DNA of 64,000 nucleotides. It comes from Eukaryota sp. GEM-RC1 (lineage: Eukaryota). The stretch spans positions 1,116,001 to 1,180,000 of the forward strand of contig JAUFOQ010000005.1 of the NCBI GenBank assembly GCA_040285855.1, written 5' to 3'. Shown here one piece after another: positions 48,500 to 60,585 of this stretch. How positions within the stretch are numbered: the stretch's first letter is position 1; each line of letters starts with the position of its first letter. The notes beneath the pieces are model-generated. The model ran no database searches, was not told where the DNA came from, and was given only the letters and a program-made list of their open reading frames with translations. A program made the translations under genes and the position numbers.

Positions 48500-49845
48500 C
48501 TACCGTTGTTGCCGTTGTTCTTCTTCTAAATTCCTCACACGTTCAGACAACTGGCGAATCTCCGCCAACAGTAGATTCATCACATTTCCAATCTCAACTT
48601 CCCTCTGAGCATGATTTGGAGGTGGTGGTTGAAGCACAGGTTGTTGCTGTTGTTCGGGATATCGATATCCCTCAGGAGCAGGTCTAACTGCATGTGGTAC
48701 TACTTCAAGTCGTTTCGAGTTGGGATTAAAAAACACTCGAACTGTTGATCTTGAAGGTGGAAGCGAGGAAGAAGACAAAGAAGAGGGTGATGGAGGTTCT
48801 GGAGCGTCTAGAACAATGGCAGCGCTGCAAATGGGACAAGACCGGCGTTGAGCAAACCATCTCATTAAACAAAGATCATGGAAGGAGTGTGAACACGAGA
48901 GTTGACGCCCAAAGTTATCAGTAGGACGTTGTGGAGACATTGACGATGAAAAGGCGGGGACATTGAGAGGGCATTGACAGATTGTACATAGATCGGAAGG
49001 ATCTTCAGGTGCCGGCAACATCCCGATCCTACCACTTTGAATCCTCCACTCCTTCCAGTTATTCAGTGACGTAATCATCTTCTTAGTAGCAGAGAAGGTC
49101 TCCAGCATGGTGAACAGAGGTGGGCCCTTGGTTAATACTGTTAAGATAACTGTAGCAACGACGGTGGCTGTGACGTGTGCTACGTTGGCAATGAATTGAA
49201 TTACGAACAGGCTGTTTTGCTGATTGGGATGACCGGCTGGAATTAATACAGAGACGACTACCACAGCAGCAGCTTCGTACATTCGAATAGTATGAAGGAT
49301 GAGTTCAGCAAGTGATATCAGGGACCATTGATGGGCAGACGACAGAGAGTATAGAAAGAAGGCAAAGGTAATGTCAATGATGGTGAAACATAGAACAGTG
49401 AGAAAAGCAGGTCGTAGCTTACGTCGATTGTTTTGATCTTCGAGGTGGGTGTCACTAGAAGAGAGTTGCCCAGCTTCTCTAATCGATCTGTCACGATCCA
49501 ATGTCCGATCTTGAATAGAAGCAGAGCGAGGTTGACAGGTATGCAGTAGGCGAAGTCTCCTGCACCACTGAGTGTCACGATGTAGATAAAGTTGGGTATG
49601 GTGAGACGAAGTTTGAATTTGAGGAGTTCTAGTTCACTGGCATCAAATGTTCCGAAGAACCATCGTTTTAATGTAGAAACCAATGATAAAGTTAGGGCTA
49701 ATAGGAGATTTAGAGATAATAAAAGACACAGTTTGTTATGTGCAAGAACCCAGAGAGTATTGTAGAGATCATGCTCTCTGGCGTAAGTGATTGACACCGA
49801 AAGGATGGACGCTGTCAGTGAACCGAAGAGGTAGGTAGCGAACAT
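48500..49845 (-). CDS. HRD1/gp78-like membrane RING-H2 E3 ligase (two ORFs joined)
   Basis: FFGTFDASELELL, LLFKIGHWIVTDR, CTICQ...CSHSFHDLCLMRWF...CPIC. Confidence 0.8.
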
Positions 49846-49912
49846 TTTGTTAGAACTTTTTCCCTGCAAAATCTGAAGATCTACAAAGCGTTTTTTGGCT
49901 CCTTTTCTATGA

Positions 49913-51001
49913 ATGAACAAACGCCAGATTCAAGAACGTATAGAGTTCTTGCAGAACCGGCTTAATCATGTCCGTAAAGCAAAACAGCTTCAGTCCGACG
50001 TTCTGTCACCAAAGACCCATATTGAAGCTATAGCTGTCCCAATTCGTTTGCCGGCATCCAAAGACTCAATAGTATCCTTCTCACATCTAGGATTGCTCTC
50101 TGTACTCTCCTGCTCTCACCTCTCTCTGTTCATGAATGACTCTAGCCAAAGCAAGCTCCGTCTACTGAAAGAGATCGATTGCCGTCCTATCAACCCTTTG
50201 GGGGCCTTTCTAATCTCAACAAACCATCTACTCTTCACTGTTACCATCTCCCAGTCCCACCTCTTCATTTCATCTCTATCAGCCAAGTCAAAGAACTGTT
50301 CCTTTGATTTGAAACCACACATTTCTTCCGTCACTCCCTTTTCATACAAATCTCTACTGAAACATGATCAAATGAGTCTTGTGGGATTCTCAATTGTGGC
50401 TAATTCTTTAGTACTGATTGGTCTCAACTTTTCCCAAAGTGTAAATGAATCCAGCTTTTCTCTGCACACGTCATCTATCTTTTGTCCGAATGTAATATCT
50501 ATCTCCTTTAATTCTATTGATTTGGGAATCATATTTGAAAGGAATGATTTGATGTATGTCAGTACTTATTCATATTCCAAGTTAACAAACTCTTTTGTTG
50601 AACAATCAAATTTTTGTTTAGATCAGAGTTTTCCAGCTTTAAGAAAGCTTTTATGTTGTTGTACGATGGATTATTGTATAATTGGAAATGAAAGTGGAAA
50701 AATATTGGTTTATAACAAATCAAAACCTGAGGAACAACATTGTCATTATTTACCACAAGTCTTTCACAAAGTATATCAAGTTGTGCCGATTTACGATCTT
50801 CAGAATTATCTCATGGTCTCAACAAATCTTGGTTTGCTGGTAATTCATATATCCGAAATTAAAACCTTAAATTGTAAAGCTTTGATAGGCAGAGAGCCGT
50901 TAATTAATATACAGGTTGTACAAGGAGTTAATGCCGTCTTAGTCACTGGGAGAACAGAAAAGAAAGAGGAAGTTGTTCATTATGAGCTGAAAATAAAGTA
51001 A
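49913..51001 (+). CDS. Hypothetical protein, possibly a divergent beta-propeller
   Basis: 362-aa ORF rich in beta-strand-like segments; IIGNESGKILVY. Confidence 0.5.
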   Translation: MNKRQIQERIEFLQNRLNHVRKAKQLQSDVLSPKTHIEAIAVPIRLPASKDSIVSFSHLGLLSVLSCSHLSLFMNDSSQSKLRLLKEIDCRPINPLGAFLISTNHLLFTVTISQSHLFISSLSAKSKNCSFDLKPHISSVTPFSYKSLLKHDQMSLVGFSIVANSLVLIGLNFSQSVNESSFSLHTSSIFCPNVISISFNSIDLGIIFERNDLMYVSTYSYSKLTNSFVEQSNFCLDQSFPALRKLLCCCTMDYCIIGNESGKILVYNKSKPEEQHCHYLPQVFHKVYQVVPIYDLQNYLMVSTNLGLLVIHISEIKTLNCKALIGREPLINIQVVQGVNAVLVTGRTEKKEEVVHYELKIK

Positions 51002-51469
51002 GGTTTTGATTCGATGAAGTGCACGATGAAACAGCTGATCATTTCAAGTATTATGTTTGTTATGTTTCGTCCTCACTCAGACAACGTTTTGATTCCACTT
51101 AAACGACACGTGGCATTACGACAGATACTGCAAGTTGTTCGTGATTATCCGAAATGGCAATGTAAATGAAGATAAATTAGTAATTTAAAATTACACTTAT
51201 CGAACTAACAAATCTCGTCAATATCTAAATTTGTGTTTATTCTAGTACTTGTCGTACAATATAACTAGTGACTGCAGTTATTTGGACACACCCAATTCTC
51301 AGAACAAGTTGGTCCTTGTGTTCTGAAACTCTGTCAGTTCTTGAGCATATTCAAACTTGTGAAGATCAAGATCCAAATTGACATGATGATCATAATGTCT
51401 ATATGACTTCATTGCAGAACCCCAATGCAAAAACATTCAATGATCCTTTTTGAAATAGATCCTCCAGAC

Positions 51470-52505
51470 CAGGAATGTGTATTATCGATATCTTTTATTT
51501 ATCTTTTGTTAGCTAACTTCGATAAATATATTGTCAGCGAAAATATCTTATTTATTTATCGAATATTGCACCATGAATCGATAAATATATCTTCGATAAT
51601 TGAATGATATACAATATAAGTATGAAAGATATCTATATTAATCAAACTACGTTTACAATGCTTAACACATTTCCAAGCCCCACGCGTATCTGTGAGCTCA
51701 GCTCCTGGAGGGTTGGGGGCAGAATAAGCTAGCATAAAGTGGAAGTGGGCAACCTTGGCATAGCCTATAGTTTCAAGTTCTAATCTGGACAACTCATGGG
51801 TCATGATGGAATTATGCAGCAGCACACAATTTCTCCAACATCATTTATTAGTCCTCACTACATTTTTGAATGCACTGATTGCTTTAATAAGTCTCATTAG
51901 AAAATTGTCTCAGTGACACTAATTCCGATATGAAAGTTTCGATTTTGACGTCCCAAATATGTACTACTTTGGTTGTTTTTTAACGAGAAAGAAGCAACAA
52001 AAGTACATGTGATTGAATGAGCTTTTACAAACAGAAGGACTTTTATACTGATAAGATCAACTTAAAACCCTACTTGAAAATCTGATTCCTGTCTGAACAC
52101 TCTAAATCATATTTTCTAGCTTCATCTGTAGCTTTAAGGCCCAGATCATTTTACAGATCCAACTGAAAAGTTTGGCATTGATATAAGTTGACCATTGATC
52201 TTCCAGAAATCGTGACGAAACACAGATGTATCAAGGGCAGAGTTTATTTGCTAAAGAGATTGGTAACTTACTAGTATATCAGAGAGAAGGTTTTTCAAAA
52301 AAATGATGTCATGGAATTATGTGAGAAATTATTGCAGAGAAATGTTTTATTTTGTCTCCAAAAATTTATCTTATTTATCGCATAATATCGGAATATCGTG
52401 GGTGACAGTCGATAAATATGTCTTTCAGAATTGTCGGGTCGATAAGATATCGATAACTAGATATATCGTTATCGAACAATAAGATTTTATCGATACACAT
52501 TCCTG
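51470..52505. mobile_element. hAT-type non-autonomous element, 1036 bp
   Basis: TIR CAGGAATGTGTAT / ATACACATTCCTG; exact 8-bp TSD CTCCAGAC; subterminal ATCGATA motifs. Confidence 0.88.
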
Positions 52506-54029
52506 CTCCAGACATTTCTGAACAAAACGATTTGCAAGAACTTGACAGTATATCCGTCTACAAATAGACCGTTCATGTAGACAAATTCAATAACACTCCA
52601 CATCATTAAGCACCTTTAAAGTAAAGAACCTCAATAGTTTAACATCTCTAGTACAGTCTAACTCCCTTTCGTTACTAATTATGAAACACAGAACAGACTA
52701 AATGACATTCCAATTTATTAGCATTATACAATTAGATCAAATACACGATCCGAAAACATCCGAACAATTCGTTAAAACAAATCATAAACACAAAAACAAT
52801 TAATCACAAGAATTCCATTCAATAAGAACATTATAAAGTTGCATACTCTCAACATTTGTAATCTTTCTGCAAAGATGATGACGCAATGTACAGTCAGCAT
52901 CAATTTTTGTGAAGTAATTGTTTAAAACTATATAGAAGACACATGCCCATTGACGAACTTCGACAGTAATTCCTGATCAAGTGTACATAGTTCAACAGTA
53001 GCACCCATAGAAGTGATCTCATTCTTTAAAGAAGACGCAGTGGTGTCAGAAGACTCTACAAGACGCGAGGGAGCGCTGGGTTCTTGGAATCCAACAACAG
53101 CAAGGCCATCATGGGAGACTCTTACTGCCTGAACTCTGAAATCTGGATATGTTGAAAAAAGAGAGAAAAGTTTTGATCACTACAGAACCAAGGGAGATGT
53201 CGAATAAGTACACAGAAATGTGAGGTTAATGTGGTATTACTAGCCAATGACGATGTTTGAAGTGCTTGAGAAGTTTGACCAATGGTCATGCTACCTGCTC
53301 TAACAGAGATAACATGGATAGTATCAGACTGCTGTACTGGATGAAGGCGATCTAGAGGATACTCTTGGTATATGTCATTCATATTGAGTTTTAGGGCTTG
53401 GAAAATAGTTTCACAATTTTGTTTGCATTGAATTACCACTAATAGTAAGCCTAATGCATCCTATAATTTCTGACACGTACATTCTACTGCGGTCACTTCT
53501 TAGCATACTTTTTTTGCCCGACAGTGAATTTATTGCACATAACTAATCAGTATCATCGATGTTTACAACTACTTCAACAGATCCAAATTAGGAACATTGA
53601 TTTTGAAACACTCTAAATTTTGTTAAAAGGTGATTTCTCAAAGTATCTGTGCTCCAATGACATGGACTAAATGAGGGACACGCTGATTCTATAAATGAAT
53701 AGAGTAATTGAGGATTAAATGATGAATCTTGATCAGAAAGTTTATGATTGGAAAACAAAGCATAATTTCAGAAACAAAAACACAACTGTTCAAACAGATC
53801 GTTGATGAAATGAAGCTCAATTCTTATTTATCACAATAATGCTACAAGAAAGACAAATAAATTGAAATGTCCTTCAACAAACTAAAATATTAAAAAATTC
53901 AAAATACATCTCTAAACTAGACAATTCTTCTCCTTTCAACTACCAAACTTACCCAGTTTCAACAACAATACCGACAATCACTTTTTACATCACGTGATCA
54001 GCCAATCATCACGTGATGTTGAGCTCTTC

Positions 54030-55271
54030 TCATTTACACTGGTACAACCTACAACAATTATCCTCACCACAACTTACCAGAAACTCCCCGTCATAATTAA
54101 ACATAACATTAAACACTTCCCCTCCATCCCCAAACAACTGCTGAATCTCCTCTCCCGAAACCACGTCCAACAGCCTCACAGTTCCATCATTACTCGCTGT
54201 TGCCACCTTATCTCCCTGTGGAGTGAAGGTGACACGTGTCACTTGGTCAGTATGTCCAGAGAAACACCATCGTTGACGTCCAGCAGCATCAAACAGCCTA
54301 ACGTTCTTATCTGCACAGGCAGTAGCTATTAGGGAGCCAGTATTGTTGAAGCAAACATCTAATACTTCATCACGATGTGCAAGAAGAGTGTGCAGGCAAA
54401 CCCCACTTTCAATATCCCAAACTCTAGCGGTACCATCAATTGAACCAGAAAGGACAAGTGATGACGTGAAGTCAAATACACATGTGGAGATTTCAGCGTT
54501 GTGGCCTGATAGCACGTGCAGGCAATCACCATCTGAATTCCACAATCGGCAGGTTGAATCAAAAGACCCGGTCAAAATCAAATCATGATTACTAACCCTC
54601 ACAGCAATCAGCTCACCTGTATGACCCTTTAAATGAGCTCTTTGCACTCCAGTTGCCACATCCCAGATAATCCCAGTTTTATCCATAGATCCTGTTACAA
54701 GAAAGTCAGAACAGGAAGAGAAGGCTATACAAACAATCTCTGCTGAATGTCCCTTGAGTACATGCAAAAGGCCTCCGTCTTGGGCAGACCATATCCTAGC
54801 AGTCTTATCAAAGGATCCAGTTGCAATGAGAGTGCACTGGGGAACATTGAAGGAGACGGCGTATACTATGCTGGAGTGGCCCTCGAGAGAGAAGAGTTCT
54901 GAGCCAGTTATGGTGTCAAAAGCTTTGCAGGTTCTGTCGTGACTTCCAGTTAGGAAGGTAGTACCGTGTTTGTTGAAGGCGATGTTTGTGAGAGGAAGAA
55001 CGTGGCCTTTAATGACTTTGGAAAGAATGTAGTTAGAGTTTGTGAACTGAGATTGTTTAGCTTTTAGACGGTCCAGTAGTAATTTGATCTTGTTGTATTT
55101 AGAACGTAAACGGGGTTCCGCTTCAGTAACAATGCTAACAAAAGAATCAGTTGATGAAGATGAAGACAGGTCAAGTAAATCTATAGTCCGAGTTGTAGAT
55201 GTGTCATTGTTAGAATACTCAAGGATAAGACCAGGTGGATAATAACGAAGTAGAAACCGAGTTAGTTTCAT
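54030..55271 (-). CDS. DAW1: Dynein assembly factor with WD repeats (ODA16/WDR69)
   Basis: MKLTRFLLRYYPPGLILEY, HVLPLTNIAFNK..FLTGSHDRTCK, WD40 repeats. Confidence 0.93.
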   Translation of the reverse strand: MKLTRFLLRYYPPGLILEYSNNDTSTTRTIDLLDLSSSSSTDSFVSIVTEAEPRLRSKYNKIKLLLDRLKAKQSQFTNSNYILSKVIKGHVLPLTNIAFNKHGTTFLTGSHDRTCKAFDTITGSELFSLEGHSSIVYAVSFNVPQCTLIATGSFDKTARIWSAQDGGLLHVLKGHSAEIVCIAFSSCSDFLVTGSMDKTGIIWDVATGVQRAHLKGHTGELIAVRVSNHDLILTGSFDSTCRLWNSDGDCLHVLSGHNAEISTCVFDFTSSLVLSGSIDGTARVWDIESGVCLHTLLAHRDEVLDVCFNNTGSLIATACADKNVRLFDAAGRQRWCFSGHTDQVTRVTFTPQGDKVATASNDGTVRLLDVVSGEEIQQLFGDGGEVFNVMFNYDGEFLVSCGEDNCCRLYQCK

Positions 55272-55291
55272 TTAGTTAGGAAATCAATTGA

Positions 55292-57403
55292 ATGATGAAT
55301 CCTCGTTCAGTCCAAGATTTCCAGGAAATCCGTACATTAAAGGACCACAATGGAGTCTACGTTGCTCAAGTTGTCAACATCTACACTGGTAATTATGCTA
55401 TTCTGAAAAGATTGAGTAGCGATACACCAACAGTGTTTAAACTAGCCTGCCGTGAAGAACTAAACTACAAGGACCCCAGTTCCCATCCCTCAGTCATCCG
55501 TTATCACACTCTTGAAACCGATAACGTTCATCGATACATTATCATGGACTTCTTCTCAAAGGGCGCTCTTCAGAATTTCTTACATCCACGACTAAGTGGC
55601 GATGTGCAATCGATCTACCACAGTGGCACTGTTATCTCTAAGGACCAGGTCTGGAGATATCTTGTCCAGATGGTTGATTGTATTAATTGGCTCCACAACA
55701 CTGCTCTAATCTGTCACCGTGACATTAAATCAGAGAACATTCTTTTAGATGATGACATGAACATTGTGCTAATGGACTTTGATAGGTGCAATATCATGTC
55801 CTCTGTCTTTCACACCAAGGAAGTCTCTTCTCCCCTCTACATTCCCTCCAAGGTTGCCGATGGTATCCCTTACACCTCCTACATTGACTACTATTGCTTG
55901 GGAATCTTGTTGTATGAGATCAGTACGGGATACTTTCCTTATTTACCTGATCGAACTTGGCTCAATGACGGCTCTATTAACGTTCGTGAACTTCTCAATA
56001 AACAAAAGGAGAATAAACGACCCGATTTCACTAGAGTTGATCCCGAGTTTAAAGACATTATAGATGGTTTAATCAATGAGGAGGAGATCTCAAGACGTAC
56101 CTTCAATTCCTTAGCCACAAATCCTTTATTCTTGGAGTATTCACACAAGTATAGAGCTCCTCGACCTATCATTTGCACAGTAACTCCTTGGAGTGATTGT
56201 GATTGTTTGATTGTCTCTGATAGACACAAGGAGTTGTGGCAGAGAGAAGAGGTTCAGCAATCGTATGGGGAGTATGCTCAAGTATTAGTTGTCAATGGAG
56301 ATCAAATTCGTCTTACTCCGCACAATTACAAGAATTTTTTAATTCATTTAAAGCACTTTATACTCAAGAGAAGTCCTCCGTCTGTTGGTGTTGTTTTCCA
56401 GATGACCTGTCCCCAGTTCTCAATGATTTTGAGCTCTTCTTGGGAGACATATAATCAACAGGGCAATATCGATTGTTCTCATCAACCTAATGCTGGACAG
56501 ATGTTACCAGTGTGTTCAAATCCTTTTACGTGTATTGCCCTTTGTGATCAATCAGGGTCTGCATCTGGGCATTTGCGCCAGTTCCGTCACGTGTGTCCTA
56601 ACACTGATTGCCATAAATCTGACCCTGATCATTGGGGCACCTTTATTCATCTCCCCAATCTCCCTCGATGTTGTCACGCGGAATCTTGCCTAGGTTTGCA
56701 AGATCCTCATCATAGGTTTAGGTTTTACCATCCTCTTAAATGCTTCATTCCAAAGGCTTGCCCAGCTGGCCAGCAATGTACCCTAAGAGATCGTGATCAT
56801 TTGGCTAAGTTCAGTCATTGGGATTATAATACGGACGCTCAGCAGGGTTTGGACGTTTCCTTTGGAGATGAGTTTCAACGAAACTGGGAACTCCTAGCGA
56901 ATAGCAAGAGATACTCTGAGAAGTTGATTTCTCTTTTTAAAGGTGTTCTAAATGAAGCTGGTATTCAATTATTTCAAATATTACTTGAAAATCAATATAA
57001 TAGTATTAATGACCTGTTGGTCGAATATGTTAATACGAATGATAAGCGAATTCTTATTAGTCAAATTCCAGTTAGTGATGATGTTTTTAATCATTTATTT
57101 GGTTTGGTTATGAGAAAAGTTAACTATAACTCATCTATACGAACTGTAATGGAAATTGTTATTGATATATTGTTGAAACCTCTATTATCTACTTCTAAGA
57201 ACCTTCATCGAACTCAATTAGGGGTGAGAGTTTTAACTCTTCGTCAGGAAATGTTATATGGGACAATTTCCTCAAAAGATTTAAAATTTTTCCAAGATTT
57301 CATGACTGAATGGTTCCACTTTTTTAAGTTTCATCCACCTAAGGCTCTTTCTCCCAAACAATTGGAATTAGTATTTATTGATTTCTCCAAGACTTTTGAT
57401 TAG
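55292..57403 (+). CDS. Kinase-PBZ paralog (full-length, opposite orientation)
   Basis: Highly similar to 27489-29603 along its whole length. Confidence 0.85.
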   Translation: MMNPRSVQDFQEIRTLKDHNGVYVAQVVNIYTGNYAILKRLSSDTPTVFKLACREELNYKDPSSHPSVIRYHTLETDNVHRYIIMDFFSKGALQNFLHPRLSGDVQSIYHSGTVISKDQVWRYLVQMVDCINWLHNTALICHRDIKSENILLDDDMNIVLMDFDRCNIMSSVFHTKEVSSPLYIPSKVADGIPYTSYIDYYCLGILLYEISTGYFPYLPDRTWLNDGSINVRELLNKQKENKRPDFTRVDPEFKDIIDGLINEEEISRRTFNSLATNPLFLEYSHKYRAPRPIICTVTPWSDCDCLIVSDRHKELWQREEVQQSYGEYAQVLVVNGDQIRLTPHNYKNFLIHLKHFILKRSPPSVGVVFQMTCPQFSMILSSSWETYNQQGNIDCSHQPNAGQMLPVCSNPFTCIALCDQSGSASGHLRQFRHVCPNTDCHKSDPDHWGTFIHLPNLPRCCHAESCLGLQDPHHRFRFYHPLKCFIPKACPAGQQCTLRDRDHLAKFSHWDYNTDAQQGLDVSFGDEFQRNWELLANSKRYSEKLISLFKGVLNEAGIQLFQILLENQYNSINDLLVEYVNTNDKRILISQIPVSDDVFNHLFGLVMRKVNYNSSIRTVMEIVIDILLKPLLSTSKNLHRTQLGVRVLTLRQEMLYGTISSKDLKFFQDFMTEWFHFFKFHPPKALSPKQLELVFIDFSKTFD

Positions 57404-57723
57404 TTTTTAATTTGTATGTTTATGTAATATAAAGTTTGTTTATTTTGTAGTCTTTTTGTTTACAGTACTCTTGTGCTGTCTGAATTTGATTGATCTTAAT
57501 CGCTTTTGATTGTCTAAATTCTGATTCATTTAACGTTCAAATCCGTTCGCTTGAATATTCTTAGCACAAAGTCGTGTTATCAGTATTTGCCATAGTTCTG
57601 TCCTTTTATTCAGATACGGACCGTATTTTGTGATTTTGAATCTACTGCCGGATTTAAATCTACAGTACACGTATACTACAGATTGGAATCGTGATTGTTA
57701 CTTTAATTGTAATTGTTGTTTTT

Positions 57724-58263
57724 TTATAAGAAAAATGATCATTAACAGCGTGATGGGTCAGTGCTTTTCAAAATAAATGCATATCATATTCATATCCATT
57801 TTAGTGGATTCTCTCCCTCCATTCCTTTTCTCCTTTCAATGACATGACCCAACTTTTCGGTTCTTTCTTGAAGGTCATCGTCGATATCCATAGTTTTCGT
57901 AGATCTGGTTCCCAGTTGTTCTCTGGCTATAAACTTTACTAGATCTTACACTGTTCTTTCAATCCTGACGGTCGAGAATCCTCCTCTCCACTATCACATT
58001 AGAGTTCAAGTGATCTCATTGGCATGATCCATGTTGTCTGTTCTCTGCACATAATCTATACAATTTTCATTGATTCTTCAACCATGACTATAGCACACTG
58101 CTCTGATAGTCAACAGAATCAGCACACATGTGTGACTCTGCATATATTATCATCAATAAATCTGACCTTGTGCACATTATGTTGTCATCAGATATTTTAT
58201 CAACAACTTTACATACATTAACTTCAAATTATAAGAAAAATGGTCATTAACAGCGCGATGGGT
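57724..58263. repeat. 35-bp direct repeats flanking about 470 bp of degenerate sequence
   Basis: TTATAAGAAAAATG(A/G)TCATTAACAGCG(T/C)GATGGGT at 57724 and 58229. Confidence 0.7.
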
Positions 58264-58559
58264 TGTTGTTTTTGTTCTATAGTAGATAATACATATTGTA
58301 ACAACTGCCATTTATTACAATTCAGTAGGGTGCAGAGACTCTATTTTGGTCCCCAATAATAGAATATCTTATATTCAGTAGGGTTGTACATGATTCATGT
58401 AATGTCTGGAGTTCACATAAGGAGAGGTCAGTGCCAGTTTAATAATGGAATTACCATGCTTAACAAATCCAGTCGTTTATGGTCATCTAAAGTGCCACTA
58501 TAGGTGACATAAACTGTTGTTAATTGAACAGCAATTTTCTGTGTCTATTGCTTTATATA

Positions 58560-59198
58560 CATAGGTGTGGATACCTAAATTCGAGGTATTTCGGTAGGTA
58601 TTAGGTATTTCGGTAGGTATTAGGTATTTTCATGTCTCATATTGGAGATACCTGTAGCTACCAAAAGTACCCTTCTAATGCTACATTTAAATAGTATTAA
58701 TTTTGTTTAGTACATTCATTTGGATTAATCAAGTTTTCTATTTTTGAACAAATGGATACACTGTACGTGTTCGAAGTCAACACCAGATTAAAACTGTTTG
58801 TTGAATTATTGCCAACCTTCTCTTTGAATCACCTTTTCACAAAAAAAGGACACTTTTTTTGCTACCATTAGGCAATCTTCTAAGAACCCATTGTGGAAGC
58901 TTGACACAGCCAAGGTTATCAAGAAAGAACTTGTGGATATCAGGTGTAATGGTTGTCAACCATATAGATGGACTATGTGGAAGAAAAACAAGACGCAGCG
59001 ACGAGTAATATAGTTTGTAGCACTGTATATTGTTGATTGAGATGTTTGTACAACAGGTTATATAAATTAGCTTCGATAATGTGTTCAACCATTTTTCTGG
59101 GTATTCAGGTATCAGGCTGACGTATTCGGTATTTTGGTATTTTGGTAGGTATTATGATAGGTATTCTTTTTATTGGGATATAGGTATCCACAACTATG
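58560..59198. mobile_element. hAT-type MITE, 639 bp
   Basis: TIR CATAGGTGTGGATACCTA / TAGGTATCCACAACTATG; TSD TTTATATA/TTTATAGA; subterminal GGTATT repeats. Confidence 0.85.
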
Positions 59199-59361
59199 TT
59201 TATAGATCGTATTTGTTTGCCCTTTAGAACTAAATACTACTGCAGATCATTGAAGAAAAGAGGCCAAAACAATGATGCTTTATTAAATATAATTTTGTTT
59301 AATTTTTAAAATTTTGTAGGTTTTATGTTATAAATTAACGAAATACAAACAACTAGTACTT

Positions 59362-59570
59362 AAAAGATATTAAATGATCCACATCTACTCTTGAACTACA
59401 ACGATACAATTTGTCCAGAATACGATTCAAATACTTTGGGAAACTTCTATACAAGGAAAAAACAATGCGATTGCGCTAAAGAGACTGATTGAAATTTTTT
59501 CTATGGTCACGACACAACTTTGAAAAGGCACCAAAGAAATTTTCAGCAGCAATTCCAATATTACCAAGAA
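59362..59570 (-). repeat. Dispersed copy of the 38460-38665 remnant
   Basis: Collinear high similarity (AAAAGATATTAAATG...CGATACAATTTGTCCAG...TTTGAAAAGGC). Confidence 0.8.
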
Positions 59571-60585
59571 TTGAAACAAGGATTTTGTTTAATTAATACA
59601 AATACTCATCTGTTTTCATCAAAAGCGACACCATCTTCATCATTCATCTACTAGGTCTTCATCATTACGAACCCTGTCATCAGAGTTCCCTTCACCGGCA
59701 ATGTTATTGTAGGAAGACCGGTCTATGATCATGAAGAGAGGTTGAGGGAATCAAAGTCATTCGCTTTTCACGTGTAGGAAGCAGCAATTACATAGTTCCC
59801 AAATTGGGCAAACAATCAATATTACAACTGCACCAATTGTTTCAATTTGTCTCACTGACACCAATTTCTAGTGAGAGTAATTGCAAAGAGTCTTACTGAG
59901 ACTAATTATTTCACACTTGTAATACTAGTAGTCTCACTAAATTACTACATACATACCATCATTGATTTTGAAAAACCTTCGCCGAATTCAAGTTAGTCAA
60001 CTCTTCACCATTTAAACTCGTCCCTTGATCAGTAGATGTTTTCTCAGGATTTCTTGAACATCAATGGGCTAACATCTATTCTTGCTAAACTCCAGTACCA
60101 TCTCCAAATGGATTTTCGAAGATGGTCTGGAACTTATAGCAACGAATGAAGCCGAGACATATGATTTACAGCGGTAAGAAGAGAATCATATGGTTAAGTA
60201 AGGATTTAACTTGATCTCATCACTATAATAGTTCTTCAATCAGCTTTTAACTTTTTGTTCAATCATTTGTATTTTAGTTGGAACTTTCTTATAAAAAAAA
60301 CAACAAAATTAGTAATTGGAAGTTGAAAATTGAAACTCTCATATAGGAATGTGTTGGAGAGTATTTGAGTAGAATTCGTTTTGTGTTGACGTATGCCTCA
60401 GTATCAGACTTCAACAACACGATACAGGTCATATGGCTAAACGCGGGTCGTGTGAACGGCAGTTGAAAAATTCCCGGTGTTATCAATTTTCAGTATTGTG
60501 ATATATGTCGACCTTTTGATGAATTTCATTTCTGAAAAATTGTTTTTGAAATTATTTCAATTTTCGATCACTTTGCTCTTCTGAT

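Noticed and set aside
52506..53440. Functional gene on the minus strand
   Set aside because: Multiple stops and frameshifts with no recognisable motif; at most a decayed pseudogene
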